Part shown: positions 11,259 through 23,700 of the stretch, in pieces
How positions within the stretch are numbered: the first letter of the stretch is position 1
Layout of the letters: every line of letters starts with the position of its first letter
Assembly (NCBI GenBank): GCA_001599295.1
Contig: BCGN01000001.1
Span: forward strand, 434,001-498,000
Length of the DNA stretch: 64,000 nt
From: Sporopachydermia quercuum
Lineage: Eukaryota
Direction of reading: 5' to 3'
The notes under the pieces: generated by a model
Database searches by the model: none
What the model was told of the DNA's origin: nothing
What the model saw: the letters and a program-made list of their open reading frames with translations, nothing else
Program-made: the position numbers and the translations under genes

Positions 11259-14200
11259 TTACAACTCATAATAAGCTTGTCTACAATCAACAGCAGCTTT
11301 TCTGACACTCCTTTTACCATCACTCAATAATTCACCAAGTTTTCTGATAATGTCTACTTTATATGGCTCCATCGAAGTAATAGAAACATTTCTAGCCATG
11401 GCCAAAAGGCAGGTAATAGCTTCCAGTTTGATGAGAGAACAGCTATTACTATTGCTACTATCCAACATATTTGGGATAATAGTTTGTAAATGAGTCACGG
11501 CCAAAGAGTTCAATTCAGGATCCTCGATACTTTGCGTAATCATTCTTATCGCAGCAGCCTTTGCATTCGAGTTACTGTTGAGAGATATGGTTTGAAGTAA
11601 CAAGGGAAATACCTTTTCGATTTCTGGCATTTTAATTGAATCAGGAATGAATTTGAGAATCAACGACAGTGCAGTAAGATAATTGGATCTTGCAGGAGCT
11701 TGAAAATGATAGATGGTTAGTATTCATATGGAGTGTAGAGCAATTAGAGACGTCTGATCACAGATCAAAGTGGGTAAATCTGGAGTACGAGCCTTTAAAC
11801 ATAGGCCCATTATCGCGTTATATAATCCAAAAGATACATACCATTGGGATTAAGATTGTTAAACCCGCCTAAAATCTCATCTACAGTTAGATTGAAGAAT
11901 TTTTGCTTGAACAGTAGTCTATAGATCAAGTTGTTCTCTTTGCAAAGTATGTCATTATCGACAATAATCATCTCCAATGATTTACTTGCAAAGGAGCCCA
12001 TTTGATCGTCTGGTAATAATTTGATTATTGTTGTAATGTACTTGCTGACAGTTTTATCATTCCGGATTAATAACCCTTTGCATAGCTATTAAGTTCTAGT
12101 TAGTATAATGAAAGAAAGAATTAACAGAATTAACAAATCAAAATGACAAGAAGAAGGAAGATGATCAACAGCAGCGATACAAACAATAATAGTTAGAGGA
12201 ATTGTAAAAGTTACAGTAATAAACAATCAACAGTTTTCTCTGGTGCTAGATAGCAATGATACTACACTTTTTGTTTCACAACTGAGCTGCCAGCTACTAT
12301 TGCAAATCAAAACTTGAGGACATTTGCTTTTCCTTTTACAAAAACCGACTAACACTATCTTCAATATGAACACCAAGCAGATGTTGTACATATCCTAGCT
12401 TCTACCTTTGATAACTACCAAAGCTCTTCATCTACACTTACCCATGATAATATCTCCAGTGCTTTGATCATATCAAGCCTCAAAGTGTTACCAACTTCAA
12501 ATTCAACTTCACGGCTCAGTTCATCCATCAGCCTAGCCACCATAAGACTACTATCATCCCCACTTTTAACCCATTTATTGGAAATAACAGCTATAAATTG
12601 TAGATAACCCATACGAGAAAACGCATTGTCCACAGTTCCAAGAACATCAACGCTTGCCTGAAGCATATGAATAGGCGAAGTTTGATGTTGTTCAAACGAT
12701 GACGTGAAATCTGTTTTCATCGAAACAGCAGCAAAAGCAGAAGCTATAATCACCTCACAGTTTGATGCTTGCTCATTCACTAGCTTAGACATCACCTGAT
12801 CAAAGTAAAATAGATGAATCTTTTCGTCAGAGTTTCTGATAAAGAAACCAACCAATTTTTCAAGTTCGAGTATAATAGATCTTGCTTCATATTCTGCCAA
12901 TTTATTACATTTCTCTTGTTTGCGTGATAATAGTGTATTCATCTTTTCTGCTATCTCAATCAGTTTAGGAAATAAACCCCGAAATATATTGGTCATTGGG
13001 TAAACCCGCGACTTGGGTTTCACAGGTTTAGAGAGTATCTCTGCGGATTGAGGGAAAGCCGACGCCTTTCCAGCATCTTTACGTTCTTCAATGTTATCTG
13101 TCTCCAGTTTATTTTGGATCTCGTTTCCAGCTTCCACTAACTTGTTAACTATTTCCAACAATACTTTCAACACCATATTGATCTCTTTCAACCAAACTTC
13201 TTCTCTAGAAGTCAACTTCATAGTAACATGACCCAAAAGCCTAACAGCCAATACTTCAAACATCACCTGATTTGTGGTAACTATCGATAGGTTATTAAGT
13301 ATCTCTTGTTGAGAGATACTTATGTCATTGTTGCGACTACTAAGAAGAGTCTTCGGGGTAGGGTTCTTGCTGTTACTATTTTCTAAAGATGACACTTCTA
13401 CAGCGTTATCTCTATCTTCCATAATGTCAACTACTTCTTCTTTCTGAGTCTCACTTTCTTTGAATAGCTCGATTAGCAAAGGATAGGTGCTGTTGATAAT
13501 TAAATCCGACCTATTCTTTGAGATTCTCACCAGCCCGTGCAATGAAGCTGCCTTGGTATTTATATTGTCCTCATTGTCAACAATGATAGTATTGAAATAA
13601 TGAATAATAATTCCAATTTCTAAATCATCAAGCAGGTCTTCGATTAGACAGATACTTGTCAGTAGCTCAATAGTTTGGACACGTAAAGAAACCTCAACGT
13701 TAGAAGATCCATTGAGTAGTTGAGAAAGTAATTGAAGAAGAGTATCTTTATATTTGACGATAGAGTCCGCAGAGGGAGATACAACAGTGACAGAAGTTGA
13801 TAAACTTGTAGGAATGGAAGGAGTATTCTTAACAGCTGTTGGCAAAACATTAATGATCATATTAAAACATTCAACTAACGACCTTTGTTTCGCTACTGAT
13901 AGAACAGCAGGAGTATCATATGTACTAAGATCATTACCATCAGCATAAACACTACTGCTATCGTCTGACGTGATTCCACAAACATCAAAGAGAATAGGAA
14001 ATACACTGTCAAGAATGAAATTAAAAGCGTCAATAGAACCACAAGCACAATTTTTAAGAATCAGATAATATGCCTTTGATTTTTGCCCGTCAAGCTTTCT
14101 AACTTCTGGCAATGCTTCTTTCAAGATAGCAGTCAGGAATGAAGTTAAATATGATATACCCTCTTTATCACTGGCAATTATGGTAGAATCTGTCTCACTA

Positions 14201-16665
14201 TTATTTGTACTGGAAGCGTCCTTGTCACTGATTGATTTATCCTTTTCACTAAATCTTCTACTCAACTCTTCAAATACTTTCAGAGNCTTAACTACCATTT
14301 CATCATCATCTCCAACCTGTCCTGAACCATGAATGATCTCATACTTGACGCCGTTAACTATATCTTCATAGTACTGATACAAAATCTCTTTACTGTAGCT
14401 TGCAGTACCCTCTATCATACTATCAAGAACATCCTCCTTGACGCTGGGAATTGTGCTGCCAAGTTTCTCTATCAGTGAGGGAATAACCAACTCAGCTAAT
14501 ATATCATTTCCCGTCAAGCATTTTCTTAGAGCTATTTTCAAATCATCGCCAGAGATTTTATAAGGATCATTACTAGGGGGCTGAAATGTGATCGGGAAAT
14601 AACAAAATGATATATCAAATAGCTGGTTAGAATAATGTGAAATGTTGGATAACTTGGTAATAATTGAATAAAAAGTTGAAAACAATGACATCAGGTTTCT
14701 CGGATCCTTTTCTCCTGAGGTAAGAAGTATATATGTATCTAGAAAGATGTTGATGTTTGATTGGATATCTGATGTGTTAGTATATATGCCGTGCAAACAA
14801 AATGAGGAGGAAATGTTATTTGTAGACAAAAGGAAACCACACACCTAATCTATTCAATCGTGCTGAGTTTCCTTCTGGTCACAACCCATAAATGAACAAA
14901 ATAGCATACAAGAAGTAAACTGATTAACGAAAATATCCAATAGCTTATATACAAGTAATCTTGTAGCATGAGAGTATCTTTTGATGTCTAGTTCATTGGC
15001 AAAGCTGTAAAGGTGTTAGTAAGGAAATAACGCAGCAGGTACAAAAGAAAAGAGAAAGACAAAAAGAGACATGATGACTTTGCTTTCAGACGGGTATAGT
15101 CCTCAAAATAAATGATACTCTTAAGTGATGGCTTAGGGGTTACTTCCTGAAGAGCCGACCACAAAATAGCCAATGTCAGACGAATAACTTGCAAAAAGGA
15201 AATAGACAATCATGGACACTAACACCATACTTGCAGTAGTACTCTTANTGCATGGTGAAGATGGAAATTATCAACTCAAAGAAAGCCAGATGCCATTACT
15301 TTGTTCGAATAAATGTAATGACTGCTAGTTGGGTACCCCAAGACACGGGAATAATGTAACTTGAAAGCCTTAACGCCTTCCCAACCATTGTCATTTTGCA
15401 GTCAATCGAAGACAATATATAACAGATCATTCCATCTATCCAGCGCTCTCAAAACTGAAACATACCTTTTCAGAATTCCTTCAATGAAGTTAGCATTGAA
15501 GCTTTGCATTTTACACAATGAAGTTACTATTATAACTGCACTCTCAACACAATTATCATCTTGAAGTTTTTCGTAGGAAAATTCCAAGAGCACTGTAACT
15601 ATAATGATATGTTAATGAGACGATACTTCGAAATATACAATACTGCATGTGCTAATATGCTAATCCATAACAAATGAGATTTTGTAACTGCAAACTTCGA
15701 GTTTGCACGCAGATGTTTCAAAAAGAAACAAATAACTAGATCAACAGAAATACGTCATATAGACTTTGATGAAGTAAATAATATTCACTGCCGATCAATA
15801 CACAATGATATTGTGCGAGTCTCTGACACTATTTCATTTGAAAATGCTCCGAACAATGTATATTGAGCTAGCTTTTATAGCTGCATCTCATATAAAAGTT
15901 ATCTCTTAAAAAGTCCAGAAAAATACTGCAGACTAAAACAGTACCTTAAGTAATTACAAAGAATAAGACCACTCTCAATGTTATATCAGATCATATCAAA
16001 ATCACTAGCTAACAAAACTTACTCTGAGATTTTGTAAGTGTTTTCTTCGAGAGAGAGGAAAGGACATCGCTGATACACTTTATAGCTATTTGACTGGTTA
16101 GCTATCGTTTTTCTAATAAGTATAATCTATCATTAACAGACTGGTTGAAGTACGAATGAACAGGTGAAGTAAAGAAACTAGTGCAAAAAAGAGAGAGTTG
16201 TAATCATTGGATGATTTACAACAGATTGAATCACAATCAATCAATTCCTCTAGGTCCCTTCTGTTTGCTTCTTTTCGTTTTGTTTTGTTTTAATTAAATA
16301 TTCGTTCATACATACCATTATTCCTTTGAGCATCATCATCGCCAGTCAGAAATCTCTGTAAAGATGNAACAAGTTCTACTAATTTGACCTCTCCCTGATC
16401 GATTTCTTTCAATTGCATGGTTAGTTAATGAATACAACTTATTGTATAATTCGGGCAAAACATGATCCTGATGGGAGAAGAAAGTCACAGTCAATAGATC
16501 TGTCTGTTCTTCTAACTTTATGAGCGAGCATTCCTTCTCCTAGAATGTCATTACGACCAAATCAAAAGCATCCATACTTTTGGCTATTGATTTACTAACA
16601 ACTAATTGCTCATCTTGTCCCCCAGACAGGGCAACAATATAGTTGTTGATTAGTGTATTTGCCAT
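11259..16665 (-). CDS. MET18: MMS19/MET18 cytosolic Fe-S assembly targeting factor (8 exons, about 1159 aa)
   Basis: Exons 16665-16578, 16405-16316, 16085-16023, 15598-15466, 15004-14910, 14768-12442, 12085-11842 and 11698-11259 sum to 3480 nt in frame. Each intron has a GT donor, a YTAAC branch site and an AG. Motifs: GEKDPRNL, FCYFPITFQPPSNDPYKIS, RLLFKQKFF, LSDGKRSVRKAAVDCRQAY. Confidence 0.93.
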
Positions 16666-16951
16666 TCTTCCAACGACAGACTTGCTATCAAAGTATAAAC
16701 AACCTCAGATCGTCTAACGGCGAAGAAAAAAAGAATTATACAACCGCAGACAATGAAGATGTAGATGTCCACTAATCAACAATCATTTAACTTCAAGCTA
16801 CGTCAATTTTCAGTCTATACTACACAATCAAGCCTGCAGACCATANTAAGAAATGAAACTATACAGAAGTTTATTTACTTTTAGTGAATTTGCATTACCT
16901 CCAATTGATTTGTTTATTAAAACTTAACAACATACAAGAAAAAGAAAAAGA

Positions 16952-17047
16952 AGCCCTACGGGGGGCTCGAACCCCCAACCTTGTGATGACTTCAATTCTT
17001 ACTAAGATATTAAGAGTCACACGCTCTACCGATTGAGCTAGCAAGGC
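16952..17047 (-). tRNA. tRNA-Lys(CUU) with a 23-nt intron (17010..16988)
   Basis: Minus strand reads GCCTTGCTAGCTCAATCGGTAGAGCGTGTGACT-CTT-A[intron]ATCACAAGGTTGGGGGTTCGAGCCCCCCGTAGGGCT. The mature 73 nt fold as a cloverleaf with A and B boxes; T-runs follow as a Pol III terminator. Confidence 0.96.
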
Positions 17048-17261
17048 ACAATTGAATGGTTGGGTAATCGATTATTATTCTGTAAAATAAAAACAAAATT
17101 AGAAAAACACTAGTAGTTGTCTTTTCTTTTTTTTACCTTTTCCTTCTTTTCTCCTTAATAAAAAGTAAAAGCAAATAATCAGCAATATCAATAGTACATT
17201 TATGAAAAGTACAAATAGGAATAGTAAAGTAAATACATAATAAATAGTTGAAAAGGAAAGG

Positions 17262-17283
17262 GTCACGTGTGAACTATCACATG
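17262..17283. promoter_or_regulatory. Tandem Cbf1-type RTCACRTG sites
   Basis: GTCACGTG at 17262-17269 and ATCACATG at 17276-17283, upstream of the tRNA and MET18. Confidence 0.45.
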
Positions 17284-18482
17284 TCATGAGTGATTAGTAA
17301 ATAGCTTGGTTGTTATACTGTTTAGAGGATTATATACTTATATCGTATATATGCAGCGTATGCATAAGAGTACATAGACGTTAACTTTGTATTTTGAGTT
17401 TGATTTTTAGACCGATCCTCCTCCTATCGTACGTACTTCAGCAATATGAGAAGAAAATATTATATCATTCAGAATGGAAACTTAGTTTGTATGGGAAGTA
17501 GTAGTATTCCAGCGACCAAAATGCTCATTTATATGATCATTTAATTGATTCATCAGAATTATATATGAGACGTTTATATGACTAATTATAGAAGTGAGAC
17601 CTGTGATGGTTGCATTTACAATTTGAACATCAAAAATGACTCTAGTAGACTTATTACGTCCAACACCGATACAATTACGGAGCATAGCATAACGTTGATT
17701 GAAAACGGTGTTTTACTGCAATTTTAGTTTTTCTTTTTTGTATCAGATTTATTTTATTTTGCTCTATATTTAGATCCATTTTCGATTATGGAGAATGAAT
17801 AGTTCAAAACATAAACTTCTTTACTGTTATTTCGAAAATTTGTTTCTCCTGTAGAAGTAACCAGTTAATTGAATCATTTACTCACTGAGTGTATGTTCTT
17901 TGGATCGCTTTCCCATACAATTTTGATCTATCCTTAAAATCTGGAATTGGATATAGCAAGCATGTATGTGCCTTGCTCTCTTACAATTTTTTGCAGGCAC
18001 ACTGCAATTGAGGATGAAGATGCTTAGGTTTCCGTTCCGACAATAGTTTCCCAGGCGTATTCCATTCTTTATTTGAATGTGCTTCCAGCATTATTATGAT
18101 ATTAGTACTACAATATGTAGTGTAGTAATCTATGTAATTCGTTACATAAATGCACAAGAACAGAGATTACAACTCAATGACAATGTCGCCTATAAATATC
18201 TTATTCTGTTGTCCAACATTATGTATATTATAATCTAGAATAACGATAGTTCTAGGAGCTATCTCCGCACGCAGTTCATTCTGTAATATTCTTAAATGAA
18301 AAAGATTGTGGAAATATATATTATTTTTCCACGAAGTTNTAAAATGCTGCACGCTCGCTAAGTCTTATTGGAGCTAAGTAATACATATAGCATAATTATA
18401 AGCGTTAGCTGTGATATGAAACATNCAAAACAAAGAAAAGATTAGAATGGAAATAAGGATTCCAATTCAGTCTGGTATTGGT

Positions 18483-19332
18483 ATGAAACTAGAAACGAGA
18501 ATTCTATTGGCTTGTAACACTAAATTGTAATATTATTGATTCCATAGCTTTTCGGGGGTTATCTATACCAGTAGAATGACTGAGAAGAATTGGCTTCTAT
18601 TAATTACAGAACTATCCCCAAGAAGTAATCCCCAGTGATGGAATCAAAGGATTAAAAATACTATTGTTTCCCTAATCATATCATTAGANATCGGTGGTGA
18701 TTCAGACTTAATCGCGAGAACATTCTATAAAGCCCGTCCTCATATTATATTCTTTGATGGTGTTGAAAATATGAGAGATTTGGATTCTCAGGATATTGAT
18801 TGATAAGCTTGCCGTTGTTAAAGGATTGACTTTAAGAACTACACCTATTATTCCTGATATGAAAGTTGCCTTTTTTAGATGCCGTGTGGGCGGATCATAC
18901 ATACAACCAACCGTTCAAATCGATAGAGGAGTTATTGCTGAGGCAGTTAGACGTCCTAGAATTGAATGTGGGCAGACAAATACTATGCAAATTGTTCACA
19001 ATGGATCAACATTTGCTGATAAGCAAGTAATCAAGATTGAAGAGATTTCTGATAATATTCCAGACGGTCAGACACCTCAATCTGTCTCTTTGTGCGTTTA
19101 TGACGAATTAGTGGACTCTTGTCGTGAGGGTGATCGATTTGAAGTGACAGGTATATTCAGATCAACTCCAGTGAGAGTAAATCCTGTGCAAATATTGATG
19201 AAACGTTTGTATAAAACATGCATTGATGTCGTTCATATCAAGAAAGTTAAGAAGAGATTAGTAGTTGATGTTACTACTTTAGAGCAAATCGCTAATTCTC
19301 TTAATGCTCCTTCAAGTAGATCTCAATGTTAA
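18483..19332 (+). pseudogene. MCM4: Truncated, frameshifted MCM4 fragment (N-terminal, zinc-finger and OB-fold part only)
   Basis: Pieces LQNYPQEVIP, TFYKARP..MRDLDSQDID and KLAVVKGLTLRTTPIIPDMKVAFFRC..IDRGVIAE..FADKQVIK..PDGQTPQSVSLCVYDELVDSCREGDR.EVTGIFRS lie in different frames. In-frame TAA at 18601, frameshifts near 18631 and 18797-18804, zinc-ligand Cys lost, and the ORF stops before the AAA+ domain. Confidence 0.88.
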
Positions 19333-20698
19333 GGTTATAGTTCCTTTAGCTAGTCAAACTTTCACCAGCTACGTGAATAGAATTTAACCGCATAGAAAGG
19401 AGGTATTTTTTTTCTAAATTCACCGTTAGATAACGTGAAACTAAATATGAGGTACCCCTTCCTGATTACCTTTACTTACCTTTCTGATTACTGTCCCCAT
19501 GTACCTGCACCTTACTCCATAAATAAATAAATCGCCATAAAGCTCCATATAATATTCTCTCCCTTTTCCATTTTCTTTATTGCGCAACTATAGCCTTTCG
19601 CTGGTATTTTGAATTTTATGGAAACAGGTATATAAAACAAGTTAAAATGCATAGATTGAAAGAAGGAGAGCAACCAACTTAACAGCAAGAGAATCTACAT
19701 TTCTTTATAGAAAGAAGCGCATAGAGGNAAGCATAGAGGAGGGTAAATACTGTTGGCTCTAGGCCTTACAAGAAACTGGTGTCAGGTCAGATCGAGAAAA
19801 ACCATAAATAAGTATCCTGAAAAATTCAATAGCCTTTAACTATGTATGTACTTTGTTGGAATTTTTCTTCGGATAATGCTCCAGGATTCTAGATTTGAAA
19901 AAAACTCTAAGTAATTTCAGCCTTTTAAGGGATGCTTTGGAAAATGGCTCATCTGCCTATTCTATTCGCTATATCACATATCAAGTGAATGATTTGTAAC
20001 TCGTTGTTCGTAACTAGTTATTTCTAAATATGATGAAGTTGAATAGGAAAATTATGATTTAGTTCATAATATTGAATTGCAATTTGTATCAATTAGTTCA
20101 GTAAACGATCAGAAGACTTGGGGATCGAATAAACGTTTGTAGACTGTAGGATTAATATTTAACTGCGAGGAAAATAATAAGNATGGATTTAAATTTACCC
20201 AATACATAAGATGTTTATTCCCACATGTTTTCTAAGTATGTATACCACCGGTTTCATACTGACAAATTCTAATCCCCAAAGGTATGTGGCCATTGCATAT
20301 GACATAATTGTATGGGACTCAAACAAGCAATCTATCTAAGAAAAGTTGTCTATGTCTAATCCTAATTGATTCTTTTCAGTTCGGCATAATAAACCAATTT
20401 GGGTAGGCTACGCTTTTCTTTGAGTTTATGCAGAAATTTATATCTTGATTCATAGATGCCATTCTTGTCTTCAATAATTGCTGTAACCCATTTTGAAATG
20501 GAAGAACTTCATGTACCATTGGTTATTTACACAAGTAGAGTTTTCAAATGTTCTATTGAAAAACCAGTGCTGTAACAACAATATAAGAGACTCTGAAGCT
20601 ATTATTGTTGAACCTTCCATATTCTAAAAGATACTTCTAGTTAGTACATTTGAGAATTTGTCATTCTCTTTATTATTATAAAGAGAATATTTTAAGAC

Positions 20699-20735
20699 TT
20701 TTTTATTATTTTTTATTATTTTTATTATTTTTTTG
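20699..20735. repeat. Low-complexity (TTTTTTATTA)-type tandem repeat
   Basis: Three consecutive ttttattatt-like units. Confidence 0.6.
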
Positions 20736-23700
20736 CTTCCACTCTTCTGAATAGTTTCCAATGGTATCAATCAAATACATTACGCACAATTGGCATATTA
20801 AGTGGGAATATGGAGCTATTGCTTTATAATCCTAGTATGGTTCTGTTTCGCTTGATAATCCAGAATCAATCTTCATCACTCAGAATTTTAATTATTATAA
20901 ATATAGAAATAAATGCCGATTGCTGTAAGTATTATCAATATCAGAAATAGATAGATGCCAGACTAAAAAATGTATATTTGTCGATCTACGTATTGATTTC
21001 ATTTTTTAATGATCAGATCTAGGTGAAAGAATTCGTTAGTACAAAGGAAAATGACAAGATAATGTTGAACAAGAAAGTTGTATTCTAAATATACATGCAT
21101 GTGAATAATAAGGTTACTTACTATAGGAATACGAGTGTTAGCAGATCAATATTAACAATTTTTTTTTCTTTTCCCTTTTTTAAGGCAGTGAGTGATACAA
21201 GAAAGCTTACGAATTATTATAGTTTGAAATTAGGTTTTAAGCTTTGGGAAACAATACTTCATATTTTTCACAAGCTGGCGGAGAATTCTAAGACTCCACA
21301 ATATGCAGTCATTACTTTCTTTTTTAAATCAGATATTCCCGACTCAGCATCGGACATCAAATTGAGAATTAGTTTTATATGGGTAATTGTTTTACTTTAA
21401 TTTAAATTCAGATAGCAGAAATTGCGGAATCCCGTTAATATCTAGCAAATAAGGTTGCATTCTTTGCTTTTACTGCACGGTAGTCGTTTGTGGTGAATTA
21501 TCATGTAACAAACACATGGAACCCAAACTCTGAGCAGTAAGCAATTATATAACTAGACTATAACGTTTTCTTTCTGATATTTACCTATGATAAGTATTCN
21601 TAGTTATTCCGTTAGATTTTACAGATAGTTCTCATAACTGAGGGGTAATCTGTCTTTGTTCTAATGTTATCTTAAAAGAAAAAAAAAAAAATGAAATACG
21701 TCTCCTACGTTTCAGTCGAGAAATCTAAAAAGTAACACTACTCTCAAATCGAATTACAGTATTGTGGATGTAACAATTCGTATACATAGTTTTGGATATT
21801 TTTTCTTTTATCAAATAGATTTGAGTTTACTACTTTAATTTATCTGCTCAATACAAAGTGAGTATTACATCAAGTAGAGGGGAATCATTTATAATATACA
21901 AAACCGATATATAAGAAGAAGGATACAAATACACAGATTTGGAACCTCAGTTCACATCTCCAAATTGAACCAAGAGCGACTATGTTTGGCTCTCCGCAGT
22001 ACTATTGAATGAATGTCCTTCTGAATAGTTTCCGAAGAGAAGTCAAGTCTGTGAACAAACTTACCCAATGAAATTTCCTAGTTTCATTCTCATTTTTCTA
22101 CTGTAAAACATGATTATATGCCTGCATTTTGGTGAATTAATAGCTTGTAATTAAGGATAGATCGTTCCTTCTACTTTTAATCAATCACTTGCTAATAGGT
22201 TCCATCACAAGTAACCTTGCACCACAAAATGAATTAGGTAAAGAGAGAAGGTTCTCAGAATTTGCATCTATAAATTTGTGTTCACATATGTTGTACTTGT
22301 ATTGTACTTGCCCAAAAGTTGGGAAATTCTCATCACAATCCCCGTATTTCCTGATATTTCTTAGCATGTTTATTTCCTTGGAAAACATGTGTGGTACAGA
22401 GATTAGACGTCTCTGAAACAATTGGCTTGCTTTNTGTATCCCCACTATATACTATATGCCTGTATAAATAGTAGTACTTTCCAATGGGCGGTACTAAACA
22501 AAAGCAGAATGTTCGAATATATCGGCTAGTTGAAGAATATTCCACTGTTCTGCTGTGTACTCACAAACATGAAAAGATTTCAAGTAGCTCCAGTTCACTC
22601 AAGCCATTCATGCAGAAAGAATCACTGATTTACTGACTTGACTGTTCCTGTTTNTTAATGATTCTCTGTCTTGGGAGTACACAGTAGATGGGGACCTTCT
22701 GCTACTGATGTTGTTTCCTTCCATCTTTTTTTTTTCATCTACCTACTCCAATACATAAGTCTCTTTGTATTTCAGATATATTCAAATAGGCCCATTCACA
22801 ATATTGCTCTAATTCAAAGACCTTTGAGCAACGACTTATGATTCCCCATAATGGTAACAATTTAGAATTATAATTATATTATTTGTATTACATAATTCAT
22901 ATCCTGTGACCTGGATACATCAACAGTAATTCTAAAATGTAGTGGACGTATGTCCCAGAATACTTCCATATAATGCTAACTTTCAACATTAGGATACTAA
23001 ACTAAACTTCCACCTTAGTAATTATTGGTATGTATCATGGCAATAATATCCTTCTCGATAATACCAGTGACCACAAGTATGTATTTACCGGCCATCAAAT
23101 GTGGTTGATGAATAACTTAAATAAATAATCTAAGTAAAGAAAAAGTATGGAAAAAAGCTACCCCAAAAAGTATATTAACCCATTCTGAATTGATATAACC
23201 TGAATTTCGACTCCTTTCCACCGAATGTATTGGTACTTTTTCGCTCTCATTAGATTGTATTGCTATCATTTCGGGAGCCAAAAACTGTCTGAACTCTACT
23301 CTGCACTTATTTTGTTCTGTGGCATGCAAAGCTAGTTTAATTATAGTAGACCTTGTACCAATCATGTTTCTTGGCCATTAGATTATCTTTGTAATTTACC
23401 CTTCTTTCCGTCCTTCATTACGCATATATAACTTTAGCACTTTGGGTCTTCTTTTTCATTATTAGAAATTTCACGTTCATTAATACGTAATTATTTACGT
23501 ACTAGAACTTTGGAAAAAATAACTCGTTGTGAGCACTTTTCTGTTCATTCAGATATCTTAGATTCTATTCTAAACCATAATATTCTACGCTATTGTCAGT
23601 GGGTCATACGATACAGACAATTAGAAGAAGAAGAAGAAAAGGGAATAGACATCAAATAATTCTACTCAGAACTGTAAACGGTCAGTGCAAGCATTTGTTG

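Noticed and set aside
12415..14844. 809-aa ORF as a standalone gene
   Set aside because: It is exon 6 of MET18; its first ~25 and last ~8 codons are intronic.
17262..17420. Point centromere (CDEI-CDEII-CDEIII) suggested by RTCACRTG
   Set aside because: The following DNA is not a very AT-rich CDEII tract and there is no convincing TTCCGAA CDEIII; point centromeres are also not expected in an intron-rich lineage.
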